Positions 1 through 13,138 of a stretch of DNA of 64,000 nucleotides are shown in pieces. How positions within the stretch are numbered: the stretch's first letter is position 1; each line of letters starts with the position of its first letter. This DNA comes from Podarcis liolepis. Its lineage: Eukaryota. Both the position numbers and the translations under genes were made by a program. The DNA is taken from the NCBI GenBank assembly GCA_965112155.1, contig OZ218098.1; one strand, written 5' to 3'. The notes under the pieces are model-generated. The model did no database searches. It saw only the letters and a list, made by a program, of their open reading frames with translations, and had not been told where the DNA came from.

Positions 1-158
1 TTCGGCAGTCGCACATGCACAGAAGCACTAAATCGCACTTTGCGCATGTGCAGAAGCACCGAATCGCAACCCGCTGATGCGCAGACATGGGTTGCAAATG
101 CTGTGGGTTGCAAATGTGCATCCTGCACGGATCATGTTCACAACCCGAGCGTCCACTG
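1..158. mobile_element. Tc1/mariner(pogo)-type MITE, cut by window edge
   Basis: Ends aacccgagcgtccactg|TA; the full copy is at 60860-61111. Confidence 0.8.
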
Positions 159-164
159 TACTGG

Positions 165-709
165 GGAGAGGTTCTCAAAGAACTCAATGTGAGATAAGGC
201 AACTCATCTCTTGGATCAGCCTCCATACCTATGGAGTGGAGAGTTTCCAAGGTAACACCATTTTTTAAAGGGATTGGTGGGAGGGGGGATCCTGAAAATT
301 ATAGGCTGGTTAGCTGGTGGAAAGTATTGTTAAAGATAAAATAATGAAGCATATAGAAGAACAAGCGTCACTGAAGCAGAGCCAGCATGGCTTCTGCAAG
401 GACAAGTCCTGTTTCCTGTTTTTGAGAGTGTTAACAAGCATATAGAGAAGTGATTCAATTGACTTAGTGTGTGTGGACTTTCAAAAAGCTTTTGCCAAAG
501 TATCTCACGAAAGACTCCTGAGAAACCTTAGTAGTCAGAGAATAAGAAGAGAGGTCCTCTTGTGGATCAGGAATTGTTTAAGTTGCAGGAAGCAAAGAGT
601 AGGAATAAATGGACAATTCTCTAAATGGAGAGAAGTAGAAAGTGGAGTTCCCCAAGGATCAGTATTGGGACCTGTGTTTTTAAACATGTTCATAAGTTAT
701 CTAGAGTTA
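165..709 (+). mobile_element. Degraded CR1 LINE reverse transcriptase fragment
   Basis: Broken frames give GDPENYRLVS, SQHGFCKDKSC, VDFQKAFAKVSHERLL and ESGVPQGSVLGPVFLNMFI. Confidence 0.9.
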
Positions 710-825
710 GCCGTGATTCAGTCTGAACAGCGTCTCCTGATTTAGATAACAATTGAGACCAATGATCCTGTTCACCAAATCCCCATATAACTTCACCCAG
801 CATCTGAATATAATACCATAAAGAA

Positions 826-1489
826 TGTGAGCTCTGAACGGGGGACGGATGCAATACAGAGAGAAGAGAGGCAGGGATCTATTAAAAAGTCTATTGGAGC
901 TGCAGCAGAGATGGCCAAGGAGGAAACAAGGGCAGCTGAGGAAAAGTGCAAGCAGAGTGGCAAAGCCAAGTGTGAAGAGAAAGGAGGAGCAGTCAAGGGG
1001 AGCAGCCCCCAGCCCCAGTGAGGAACAGTGAATCTCAGCAGCAGAAGCCACTGACAGCCTGAGAAACCGTGGAAGTGACACTGCGATTCATAATTAACTG
1101 TGGTTAGTTGTGCTTGGCTTGCATAGTTACATTTGCTATTTAGAATTAATGTTGGTGTTCATTGAGTATGTGTGTGTGTTGGTCAGTGGGGTGGGGCTGT
1201 GGCATGCGCCTGACCTCCCATTGCCCAGATCACTGCTGCTTACTAGGAAGGGAGAGGAGGAGGGGAGTCAGTCGTGTGGTCAGTGCTGTACAAATGCATC
1301 AGAGGAGCCAATCAGCTGAGTGTTGCCATCTTGCTGACTATAACCAATACTTAGTTGACTTCAGAGTGGATGCTAGAAGTCAGTGCATTATGAGCGGAGG
1401 CTCCTCAGAGGTCCATATGCCAACTGGCCCTGTAGACCTGGAGCAGCTGTGGTGAGGGGCTTAGAATAACTATTACACTGAGCCTCACA
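826..1489 (+). mobile_element. Candidate old Gypsy-type solo LTR
   Basis: TGTGAG...CTCACA termini, charged ORF from nt 2 (827-1021), CCAAT box; flanks aagaa/tccag are not a TSD. Confidence 0.35.
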
Positions 1490-2401
1490 TCCAGCAAAAT
1501 GAGAGAAGCAAAAGATATTCCATCCAAGAGGAGGAGGAGAAGATAGGTGAACAAGTTGGCTAAACAGGCAAAATCTAGGGCAAGTCAGATCTCACATAGG
1601 CTCCTTCAATATTGCAAGGTTTTACAAGTTGCTTGGAGACAACCAGCAAAGGAAAGACAAGATGTTATAAACTGTGAAGTGTAATGTGGTTGCTGTAATA
1701 TTTTTTTTTTTTATCTGTTAGCAGGAGTCTCTCACTGTGTCTCAGTTGGAGTGACTGCAATTCCCTGGTTGGCCTCTGAAGTTGCCTGAGTTGTAGTTCC
1801 ATAAGTGACTTGGATCCCTCTGTAAGGATCATAGTTCAGACTCTGTGATGTCTGAAAAGTACAGTGGTTGTTTTCCCTTTATAAACCTAGTAAATCTGGG
1901 GCATTGTCTAGTTATCAAAAGGATTTTAAAAAGAAATAAAAAAGGGGACATTTCTCTAATCTGCCATAGCACAGTCAGGAAAGCTATGTGTTTTGTTTTT
2001 TTAATAATTAAAAAACACTTTACAGTCAAACATTCTCAAACCTTATTGATAATGTGCTCTCTTACTAAACATGGCATCGTTGTTTCAATGAGCCTTTCTC
2101 CAAATCTAACAAGTAAACAGAATTTATAGCGCTATTTATAAAATTGCTTTCTGGGCTGACTTCCAGTATTTTAACTGATTGGAAGATAGTTTCTGCCACT
2201 ATTGGATTCTCCTCCATGTCATGCAGCAAAATACTGCATCCATTTGTCTCCATTATTTCCAGCAGGTCTGAATGTTATCCACTGCAGGAGGAATGCAGCA
2301 ACTGGTATTGCCTTCTCTAATGTGTATGTATTTTCCACCCATGTGGCTAACAGTAACTGCAGGGGTGGGGCTTGATTTAGATTGCAGAAATGGCATGGGG
2401 A

Positions 2402-2870
2402 TGTCAGAATTGGGCCATTGGTAGATCATCCAGGTCCGGGAAACCAGAAGCTATGGGACAAGCGGGCAGTCAGGAGTTAGGACTGAAGATCAAGTCAGAA
2501 CTGAAGAACAAGTCGTGAAGTAGGATCAAGAACAAGCCAGAAGTCAGGACTAAGAGCTAGTCCATACATAAGGATATGCAAGGAGGCAGGCTCAAGGAGC
2601 AAGCTAGAAAACTGAACCAAAGAGCATGCTAAAATGGGAGAATTAGGCAGAAGGTAGGACCAAGGATACAGCAACACACCAAAATTCAGGAACACCAGGT
2701 TCCTCAGGCAAGGCTCACCTGTAACAAGATACTTTTATACACTTTTCCCAGAATGATCCAATGATCAGCCTGGGTAGTTGGAGTCAGTTCAGGGTCTGAA
2801 GCTACTTCACTAGGAAGTTCAGTAGTTCTCCAAATAGAGGACCTTTACACTGATCCAGCAGCTTCTAACA
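2402..2870 (-). mobile_element. Candidate old solo LTR, reverse orientation
   Basis: TGTCAGAA...TTCTAACA termini, purine-rich CAGGA-type repeats then cttttata (TATAAAAG on minus strand); TSD not preserved. Confidence 0.4.
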
Positions 2871-3574
2871 GTAGGCAAGGATAAAACATCCCCCTTTTTT
2901 TAGGTTAAACATCATCACATGTGGATATTTCAAGGCAATCTCAAACAACAGTACTTAGATGTATGCTGACAGTATATGAAGAGACAATCTTGCCAGTTTG
3001 TGGGGAGCTTTTGGCACCTGCTAAGTATGACCATAATACATTTATTCATGGTGTTTATAATAAATCGTGCATTGCATGCATGCATCTAATTTAAGTATAA
3101 GCCTCAGTGGTCTTTCCCACATTCACATATTACCCAGCCAATTTCTCCTGGCTATTACCAGCTCTTGTAAGATTTCTAAATTGGACACCATTTTAAAGCT
3201 GTAGTGTCATCTTTTTTGCTGCTCCAGTTGATACAGCAACGAGAATATTCATGAAAAGATGGAATAACTCATCATTACCCAGGCGCAACATGGATGACAT
3301 GTTTTATTCGGGTCTGTATAGAAAAGAGGTATTGCTGTTACAAAGCACCATGATCAAGAATTTCTTTCTGCTTTGTTGGCTTACTTTTTAGCCCATTCCA
3401 TCCAGGGGGATGACAGAGGCTAATGGTATTTAAGATCAATAGAAGGTCTACAACACAACATAAAATCATTACATTCTGAATAGGAAACCATACTGAACCT
3501 ACTTCATTCTGACTATTACAAGATTGCAGAGCAGCTCCTAGAGCTTTGCTACTGGGGGCCCCAACTCACAGGAT

Positions 3575-3745
3575 CATAAGAAGCTGCCTTCTACCAAGTC
3601 AGATAATTGATTCATCTACTGACTACACAGACAAGCAGCAGCATCCCAGGGTTTTAGACAGCACTATTTCTCAGCCCTACCTGAAGATACCAGGGATTGA
3701 ATTGGTGGCCTTCAGCATGCAAACACCAGGCTGCACCCAGTGGGT
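3575..3745 (-). mobile_element. Degraded tRNA-derived SINE (Squam2-like)
   Basis: aagctgcctt...gtcaga tail and gggattgaa B-box complement; similar to 44910-45065. Confidence 0.55.
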
Positions 3746-4807
3746 TGCCTTGCTGCCCATCAGGCCCTCTGCACCAAGATCACCAGAATAATAAACAAAA
3801 CAGCATCCAAGATTAATATGGCCCCTGGCAGCTTGCCAGGCCTTTGTAGTACATGCCCACTTTCATTCTGATTGGACGGCAGCAGGCTTTGGGTTGGCTG
3901 TATGGAAGGGGGAAGAACAGGTGGTGGCTGGACTTTGTGTGTATGTAGGGAAAGGTAGGAAGCATAGAGTCAGCAGGGGCAGAAAATGGGTGAAAGGGGT
4001 CAGAGATGTGAAAAGAAAGCATATGGGAGGGAGGGCAGGAAAGGGAAAGCTGGAGCTAGAGGGGATGGCAGGAATGGGGTTGATGGGGCTATATAAGGCA
4101 GGAGGGAGGGAGGAGTAAATTTTAGTTCTCCATGTTTAAACCTTGCTTCTTTGCCTGGAAGGCTAAACATTAGGGAGTCTAGAATTCTCTTCAAAAAATT
4201 GAAACATTTATTTTTTGTTTGTTTACAAAAGGCATAGGAATATCCCTTTTTACCCACAGGTAGAGATTGAAGTGGTCTCCAGCCCACTTACAGCTTCACA
4301 CCTCTTCTAACAATGTTCTCTTGCTCTAGGTGATTTAGCTCACTTGTATCCTTGTCCTTTTTGGAGCTCTAACCCTGGTTTCGGATCTGTCACTTTGCAT
4401 TGGCCTCTCTAGACAAGAAGGCAGCTTGTCTGAGGAAAGGAACAATAATTTGTGTCAGTTCATTAAGTCAGCAGGCTGCTGATTCAGGCGCTGAGCTCTG
4501 AAGAAGCACTTTGTTCCAGCTCTTTAAATGCCTCTCCTCTTTATCCTCTGGGGGGCACTTGGGACGAGAGCCCGTAGAGAAAGGTCAGAAAATTGAAGAA
4601 AGCTGGTGGGTGCCAGTTTGAATGAAAATTAAACTGGGCAACAAGTGACATAAATAGCCTTCTGATTTGAACTACAAGTGTGAGAGGACAAAAATAATGA
4701 GAACTAACCCTAATATCTTGCATAATCATCAGCTTATCCATTTGAGCAAAGCTGCATCCCAATAATTTATGGATGCCCTGTAATGGGAGACTGTAAGGGG
4801 ATATGGA

Positions 4808-5043
4808 AAGAGTTTGATATCCCGCCTTTCACTCCCTTTAAGGAGTCTCAAAGCGGCTAACATTCTCCTTTCCCTTCCTCCCCCACAACAAACACTCTGT
4901 GAGGTGGGTGGGGCTGAGAGACTTCAAAGAAGTGTGAATGGCCCAAGGTCACCCAGCAGCTGCATGTGGAGGAGCGGAGACGCGAACCCGGTTCCCCAGA
5001 TTACGAGACTACCGCTCCTAACCACTACACCGCACTGGCTCTC
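4808..5043 (-). mobile_element. Squam3-like SINE
   Basis: Minus strand starts gagagccagtgcggtgtagtggttagg (A box) with gggttcgcgtctcc (B box) and ends gcgggatatcaaactctt. Confidence 0.85.
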
Positions 5044-5192
5044 AAGAGCTTGGCCAACTGTGGCCATAAGAGGAAATCTCTTGGTCTTGTCTCCTGTTTG
5101 TGGACTTTCAATTGGCATCTGGTTGACCACTGTGGAAAACAGCACACTGGACTAGAGAGGCCTTTTGTCTGATCCAGTAGGCCTCTTATTTT
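5044..5192 (+). mobile_element. Old CR1 3' UTR fragment
   Basis: ggcatctggttgaccactgtg...ctggactaga...tgatccag motif, the same as the 3' UTR attached to the CR1 ORF2 end at 15110-15662. Confidence 0.6.
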
Positions 5193-6611
5193 CCTGTGAT
5201 CCCATATGCCACTTCTCCCCACTCCAAAAGTGGATTTTCTTCCTCAAAAGCACCACTGAGTTATGTTTATACAAGTTTGCCCATATTGCCTAGAGAATGG
5301 CTAAAGGCACATGGTGCCGTTCTGTTACTGACTTGCAAGCACAACCTTAAAAAAAAAAAATGAAAATGAAAACATTTCCTTCAGCGACAGCATACAGGGT
5401 GCAATATAGCCAAAGATTTTGTTGGTCCAGTGGCTAGGTAAAATTGTAGTTGTCCTTCAGAATCTGCAATTCCTTGAACGACGAGAGTGAGTGAGAGAGA
5501 GGTTTTAATTTCTTACTTATTTTGATTTTTATATCTCCATGAAAGCAAACAGTTAATGGCTGATGGGTAAGGCAGACGCAGCTCAAAAATGGAGAGAGAG
5601 ACTTTAATCTTCAGCAGTGTTGAAATGGTGTGAAGAATCAAAATTGACTCAACCAGAGAGTGCTGAGGGTCACTATGAAAGCTATGGTCCTATTATCCAT
5701 ATACTGAACACCACTCTAGGCTGGCAAGAGCTCTTGCCTAATGTAATTCTAATAGCCGTGCGCTTGCTTAATAGGAGTGTTCAATTCTGATATCCACTTC
5801 TCCTCAGAAAGAGGAATGCTGGGCAGAGGCAGGACCATTAGCTCTTGACAGATGGGGAAGAAAGTGCAAGACTGCCATCCAATGACCACTGTAATGACTT
5901 TGCCACCTCATTTGCAGGCAAAATGATTTATATTCACTTATCTTGGGTGGTGGTGGGTACAAATTTAAATACAGTGTCGGGATCAAGTTATATGTTATAA
6001 ATGTTTCCTAATTTCTGTCTCAGGCAAGTGGTCTCGGCAGCATAAAACAATTGAGATGGGTACCCTTGTTTCTCTTGTGTGCAAGAGAAATCCTCTATGT
6101 TTGGCTGTTCTTGACTTACGGCAGGGAGCAAGATAATAAAGCCTACAAGCTCCACCTACTGAAGCCCACCCACCCACATTTTAGCACACACACCCAGTAG
6201 GCTTCTAAAAGCAATAGCTGGGGGAACAGCAACAGATAAAGACGGACATGCCCCTTCTGGCATCCTTGTATTGTAAGCATTGCTGCATGGGGAATAGAGG
6301 TGACCACTAGTGAGTTAAATCCCTGGCTGGGAAAAACCATTCAAGATAAGCAAGGCATTACTGATCTCTTTGGAAACGAAAGATCGCCTCCACCAATGTG
6401 GTGTCCTCCAAGTGTTTTGCATTACAATTCCCACAAACCCCACCCTGGCCAGTGATGGTGGGAACTGCAGTAGCAAACACCTAGAGGTTGGGGAAGGCTG
6501 TGCATTCATTCTGCCCCCCCCTTTTATAAATATAAACCTGATTACTCCACCCACCCACTGTCTGCCTTTCAATCTTGCCTCATTAGTGAAGGATGAGCAG
6601 TTGTCCTATAA

Positions 6612-6741
6612 TAGGAGTTTAGCCTTCCAGATGCTGCTGAACTACAACTCCCATCAACCTCAGCAAGCATGGCCAATGGCCAGGGATGATGAATCCTGTA
6701 AGTTCAGCAACACTGAGAGGGCCAAACGTGCCCCATCCCTG
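6612..6741. mobile_element. Palindromic hAT-type MITE
   Basis: gctgaactacaactcccatc...gatgatgaatcctgtaagttcagc internal inverted repeat; family also at 42695 and 51191. Confidence 0.65.
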
Positions 6742-8872
6742 CTACATGGCTTTGGCAGTTAGGTACCATTATCTGAACCTCTGTCAATATCTGCTTTGCT
6801 TTCCATGTGATATTGACATTGTGTGGCTTTATCAGTGACCTCGATCTATACATTGATGCAGCCATTGTGCTCTCTTGATCCTGTTAGATCTTTATGTTGC
6901 CCTTGATACCAGTAACCACAAGGTAATGCTATCAAGAGACCTGGCAGACATTCACAGGAGTGCTTTTGACCGGCTCCGCTCATTTTGAGTTTAAGATGCA
7001 GATGATGCAGGAAAATTCTTCATCACTGAACCATACTCAGCAAATGGGCTGTTCAGTAGCAGCACAATTTACATCTTGTTTAGAAGATTTGTGGTAGCCT
7101 GAAAAATTGTGACAGATGCATAGAGCTGACCTTGATTTAGAAACAAACAAAACTGAAATTATGCATACCATTTTTTATTTATTTAAAAACCCTGTTCCTG
7201 AAAAAAATAAAAATCTGGAAATGCCTTTCTGATTGAAATCTCAAGCTAAGCCTGGAGCAGAACAGCAGCATGCTGGGGAAACTTTTTTTTAAAAAAAGAA
7301 GAAGCATGGATTATTTTTTTAAAAAAATATGAGCATGAACATGTGCCATTGGCGCTGACACTGTGTGTTAAATGAAGTTCTTAAACCATCTCTCCGTATA
7401 TTAAATAACTGTACTCAAATCCCACTGCTACAATCCTTATTTCTTTGGGTCCAAAATCAAAGGGATTAAAACTTATAATTAAGACACCAGAGGAAGGAAT
7501 GATCGGTCAGGCAAGTGCAAATTAGTTCAGCCACACAGAACTGCCACAGTCCCGTTTCCTGGTTAGGCAACCCTATTTGGCTTAATCTGATTTTCAGGAG
7601 AGAAATCATTTCCCCAAGACAAAGAACTAATACAACTGCAGGATAAGGAGGGGTGAGGAGGAGAAGTCTAATGTTTCTTAGCTGGAAATATCAAATGTAG
7701 CAACAGCAACAAGAAGGACAGAGTGAGAACATATATGCGTGAAGCAAAATATTGGAGATTGTGCTCATATGCAAAACAACAACAACAACAGAAAATGCAG
7801 TCTGTTGTGCAAATTGACAAAATCGATGCCTCTCAGTGCCCTCCACCCCCGAGAAATCAAGGCAGTGCTTTCTTTGCATCCCCATTTGCCACTTGGAGAA
7901 AGGGGAAGGAATATTTTGTATTCCCGGCTTCATTCCTTTCATTTTCCACAAAGGAGAATAATGTCCTAAGCAGGTATTATTGAAGCAGCAGGTTCTCTTT
8001 CAAGACCATCAATAAGTTAGCCAATGCTTTCAGTGGAGTGGTAATTTTGGCTTCGATAGGGAGGGACCTGCTCTTTCAAAGGTGGACAATCACCGCTTTG
8101 AGAACAGATCCCCTTCACAGAATCTGTCTTGTAATAGCCTGAATGAATTTATATGACCCACTTGCATCTTTAAGTATCCAAAATCGAATTTTAAGACAAT
8201 TCTTGCTTCAGTTGTAACAGAACATAAAATTATACTATTGGAACAATACTCAGGGCTTAGGAGGGAAGGAGATCTCTCTGATACATAATGCCTCAGCTGT
8301 AGAGGGCCAAACCAGCACATTTGCATGCCCAAGTGCTATGAGCTGGGCACTATGCAAAGACCACTCATGACAACAAAGTATGGTTCAAATTAGGCCACAA
8401 CTTTATTGATTACAGATATAAGAGGTTTGGCTTAGGCATTGGCTCATAACCGTTATCAACCAACACATCTGCTGGATGATCAACAATTGGGATCTTCTGT
8501 ATGTGCTCCCAATAAACTTACTGTACTTCCTTTTACCCTTATCAGCAGACAGGTTGCACTAACTGAAGCTTTCGGACACTTATCAACAGCAGCTCCATGT
8601 ACAGCCCATTTAAAGATGTGAATGACAGTCCTGAGTTTGAAGTATGGGCTTCTTCAAAAGATGAAGAATTTTGACAAAGGTATTGTGGACATTCACAGTA
8701 CACACAAACTTGAAGTAAATGGCATAAGTGGTCATTTCATGTGGAAAAAGTAAAATTCCAGTCCTCAGTAAAACTGATTGCTCTCTCTGAGAGATATTAG
8801 TCAAATATAGAAATGTGAAGTCATTGTTTTCTTCTTTTTTCTTTTTTGAGTTGGAATAAATCAACAATAAGA

Positions 8873-9224
8873 GGGACACGGGTCGCGCTGTGGTCTAAAC
8901 CACTGAGCCTAGGGCTTGCCAATCAGAAGGTCAATGGTTTGAATCCCCGCGATGGGGTGAGCTCCCGTTGCTCAGTCCCTGCTCCTGCCAACCTAGGAGT
9001 TCAAAAGCACATCAAAGTGCAAGTAGGTAAATAGGTACCGCTCTGGCGGGAAGGTAAACAGCGTTTCCGTGCACTGCTCTGGTTCGCCAGAAGTGGCTTA
9101 GTCATGCTGGCCACATGACCCAGAAGCTGTATGCCGGCTCCCTTGGCCAATGAAGCGAGATGAGCGCCGCAACCCCAGAGTCATTTGTGACTGGACCTAA
9201 CAGTCAGGGGTCCCTTTACCTTTT
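8873..9224 (+). mobile_element. Sauria SINE, full length
   Basis: gggacacgggtcgcgctgtggtctaaacc tRNA-like head; ggggtccctttaccttt tail. Confidence 0.92.
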
Positions 9225-9325
9225 AAAAGGAAAACCAAGGGCTATGAATCTCTGTTAGGGCCAAACATGATAGCATCCTTTTATATATTTGAATATATAT
9301 ATATTACATCCTTTTATATATTTGA

Positions 9326-9663
9326 ACATGATAGCCATGTTCAAATATATAAAAGGATGTCACATAGAGGAGGGAGAAAGGTTGTTTTCTGCTGCTCCAG
9401 AGAAGCGGACACGGAGCAATGGATCCAAACTACAAGAAAGAAGATTCCACCTAAGCATTAGGAAGAACTTCCTGACAGTAAGAGCTGTTCGACAGTGGAA
9501 TTTGCTGCCAAGGAGTGTGGTGGAGTCTCCTTTTTTGGAGGTCTTTAAGCAGAGGCTTGACAACCATATGTCAGGAGTGCTCTGATGGTGTTTCCTGCTT
9601 GGCAGGGGGTTGGACTCGATGGCCCTTGTGGTCTCTTCCAACTCTATGATTCTATGATTCTAT
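9326..9663 (+). mobile_element. Young CR1 LINE 3' end, 5'-truncated
   Basis: ORF2 C-terminus MIAMFKYIKGCH...RKNFLTVRAVRQWNLLPRSVVESPFLEVFKQRLD; (ATTCTATG)n tail. Confidence 0.93.
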
Positions 9664-9729
9664 AAACTTCATCCAGCATCAAATGCATGTGGTCATTTAT
9701 CATGTGCATTTATACTTCTTTAAGAATAA

Positions 9730-9945
9730 GTAATAGGTACTGCTCCGGCAGGAAGGTAAATGGTGTTTCTGTGCACTGCTCTGGTTTCGCCAGAAGCGGC
9801 TTAGTCATGCTGGCCACATGACCCAGAAAAACTGTCTGCAGACAAACGTTGGCTCCCTCGGCCAGTCAAATGAGATGAGTGCCACAACCCCAGAGTTGTT
9901 CATGACTGGACTTAACAGTCAGAGGTCCTTTTACCTTTTTACCCT
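9730..9945 (+). mobile_element. Sauria SINE, 5'-truncated
   Basis: Body from aataggtac...aaggtaaa to ttaccttt tail. Confidence 0.88.
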
Positions 9946-11207
9946 TCTGTTAATATTAGATTATATTATAATTATCAGATTGACTGTCTAGAGTTTTATT
10001 GTGCATTTTGTTATGATTAATGTTACTCCTTTATGATGCTAGGGATTTAATGATTTTCTCTGATATTATGGATGTATAGAAGTATTGTGTTAATAAATGA
10101 AACGCAATACAAAAAACTCCTGATTGCTCAGTAACTATGTACTCACTACATCTGCGATAGTGGTACACTCTGGGCTAGCAAGACTGGGGAATGAAGCCCA
10201 TGAAACAGATTATGTATCTTGACTGTTTCCCATGACCCACAAATGCAGCAAAGGATTAGGATGCATGATTCTTTTGGTGAAAAACAAATAGACTCCCTGC
10301 ATGGTGACACAGTATCTGAGACCAAGCTTCTGAATGGGTTCTTGTTTGGGGCTTATAACAAATGGTATTGAGGTCTATACATCTGTGTGGGGCTGATGGT
10401 GGAAGATGCAATCTGACAGTGTCTTTTAATTATTATCAACTTGGGCCTTTCTTAATACAGTTGCTTTCTTAGCCTCCAGCATTTGGACACTCATTCTAAC
10501 AATTGCTTATATGATGAAATGAGTTATTGGGAATGCTGTGACATTCCTTGAAGTAACACAGTATAAGGGCACACCAGAAGCATTTCTCATTTTTTTCAAG
10601 AAGGGAGAAAGGCAAGTCACATTGCTGACACTTTGCAATCGATCTCAAACATCATCAACAAGCTGAACCAATCCTATCAGAAGTGTTCATACAGCAGTAG
10701 GCATGAAATGCAGGAAGTTCCTGACAGCTATCAGTAAAAGGTATAATACCATATGCCAATTAAATATTAAGGCAATCCAGAACAGTTGCTGTGCCGTTAC
10801 TATCCAGGCATTAGTTTCTTCCAAATAAAGGGAAAGGACGAGGAATGAAAGCTTGCAAATAAAGTTAGTTATGCCCAGGGGCAATGTCATTTCTGACATA
10901 TCTGAAAACACCATCAAGTCTATGCCTTGAAAAATGGAGCCTAGTGCGCACACAGATTTTTGGGTTTGTGTGTGTGTTTACTGCCAAAATGAGATCATTA
11001 AAGTTATTTATTTCAGGACCGGAATCACACTGTGTACCAAAAATGGAATCTTTCCTTGACTATAAAAAACAAAAAGAATCCATAAAGGCAAAAAAAAAAT
11101 GAAGACAAGAAGACCATGTGGCTTGAAAGCACAAAATAACAAAGGCAAAATGGTAATAAATATTCAATCATACCTGGGAGGGAGAGGGAGAGGGGTCACC
11201 AATGTTA

Positions 11208-11398
11208 CTGTATTTATGTGAATCTAATGCGCTATTGAATCTAATGCGCACTTCAATTTTCTAAACCTATTTGCTATGTCAGCAGTGTTTTTCAAGCTTG
11301 CAATCAAATCTAATGCACCATCAAATCCAATGTGCACCCTAATTTTTGCGACGCAGTTTGGCCAAAAAAAGGTGTGCATTACATTCAAGTAAATATGG
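11208..11398. mobile_element. Tc1/mariner(pogo)-type MITE
   Basis: TA|ctgtattt...aaatatgg|TA; four internal AATCTAATGCGC-like repeats. Confidence 0.75.
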
Positions 11399-11535
11399 TA
11401 TATCCATGCAGGAAAGCAAATGTTTGATTTGACCCTGAAAAGCTTGCATGCTGTTGCACTTGCCCCAATCCTCCAAATAACGAGAAGTTTCAAGGGTGTG
11501 GAACTTACCCAGGTTTCCTTTGGAAGGAGGTCACT

Positions 11536-12033
11536 CATAGGTGCCGACTCCATGGGGCCTGAGGGGGCCCGAGCCCCCTCAAAAATTCATTTGGGGGGGC
11601 TCTGCCCCCCCAATAATTTAAGAAAATTATTAGGCACCTTGCCAAAAACCACGCAGGGGACTCCGGCGCGCGCCTCCCAAAGTGACCGGGAGCTCCTGAG
11701 AAGGGGCGGGCAGGTCGGTCAGTCAGAGGAAGACCCCCAGCGGTGGGACTTTAGAAAGGAATGGAGCCGCGGGGCCGAGGAACGGCATATTCGTCGCCGG
11801 CGAGGGACCGGGGTGAGGGGAGAATGGAGGGTACGGGAGTTCCCGCCGCCGGAGCGGGGCTTTTTTTCTGGGTTCGGCTAAGGTGACGTTGGTAGGAGGG
11901 GGTGGCCACCTCCCGGCGCGAAGCCTGGGGAGGGCAGGCCGGTTCTTGCATGCAAAAGCACCACTGCCATCCTGCCGCCAGTATGGACCCCGGTATGGGC
12001 CCCCCCAATATTTTTTATAAGTCGGCGCCCCTG
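11536..12033. mobile_element. Non-autonomous GC-rich hAT element
   Basis: Perfect 8-bp TSD aggtcact (11528-11535, 12034-12041); TIRs CATAGGTGCCGACT / CAGGGGCGCCGACT. Confidence 0.9.
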
Positions 12034-12499
12034 AGGTCACTGGAAGTTTACTGATGTTTTATAATGTTTCCAGGTTGAGCATAGGTGGAGGTGCAGCTTA
12101 AAATACCTCAAAAAAATTCATCTCCAAAAATCAGAACTCTGTGCTCATCTCTCTCTGAGTCAAACTGCAGTCCTATCCATTTGCTTTCTTTTACTCAGAC
12201 ACTTGGCTTACACCTTCCCCTGCAGCTACTGGGGAAAATCAGGATAAGTCATACTTGTTCATCATGTATGTTATCCTGGGCCATCCGATATCCCATTGAG
12301 GCACATTATCTGATTATTACAGGTTATCAACACTCTTTTGTGATGAGGTGTTGCCTCTGGGCAACGCATGCTGATAACTCTACTTACAGAACTCTGATAG
12401 GAAATCCATAACAATATATTGTATGTCCACTCATAAATCCTGTGCTTGGTTAAGGAATGGAAGGTTCCTTTGAGAGTATCTGTTGGTTTTTTTAAAAAA

Positions 12500-12501
<2 letters not shown>

Positions 12502-12530
<29 letters not shown>
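12502..12530. repeat. (CA)n microsatellite
   Basis: Direct reading. Confidence 0.95.
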
Positions 12531-12532
<2 letters not shown>

Positions 12533-13138
12533 AAATATAGTTAATTGTAATGCAGTATGTGACATTCATGCCCTTGTTTTGCCCTAGTTTCCTTTGGGGA
12601 AGAGGAAACATGGTCCCACCTTCATTTTCAGAGGCTCCCCATGGTAAAACTGAACAGGATGTCAGTGTCAATTCATACACACTGCATACAGGCATCTGGT
12701 ACAGGGGCCCCTAGAAGCAAATTTCCAGCCATCCAGTCCATCCATTCACTGGGTGTTTTTGTCAGATTAATCATGGGCAGGTGGTTCACATAGCATGTAT
12801 GCTGACATCATTCACATAAAACCTTCTCCTTTGTTTTGGATGTCCCAGCCAGAGGCTCATATACCATCACATGTTGAGCATGCAAACCAGGAGAAGCTGT
12901 GAACTGGCCATTAAAAACCCCTTGCAAGTATCCTAAATAACTCTAATAATATCGTATTATAGATCTCAGGGAGGCTTGTGCAGGATCAAAATAATAGGAA
13001 ATTTTAATTTCATGACAAGGCAAGATCACATAATCGTAGAGTTTTTTGGTGGTCCAGCTGACATCATTTAGTTACAGACCACCTAAATTTTTGCTTCCAT
13101 ACTACTGCTAAGTAAAGCAGTATGCAAAATAAGGATAC

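Larger units (their letters stand above)
1..3047. repeat. Direct duplication, copy A (runs off left edge)
   Basis: Matches 60954-64000 at offset 60953; ORF tracks are identical and the T12 run is the same length in both copies. Confidence 0.97.

Noticed and set aside
8390-8780. Possible processed pseudogene or exon
   Set aside because: All plus-strand frames I read close quickly; no poly(A), TSD or known protein similarity.
8873-8960. A/B-box tRNA-like sequences here and at other SINE heads
   Set aside because: SINE heads continuous with SINE bodies, not tRNA genes.
10601-10736. Acceptor-like site followed by a helical-looking frame (EGRKASHIADTLQSISNIINKLNQSYQKC)
   Set aside because: No recognisable homology, no supported partner exon; compatible with chance.
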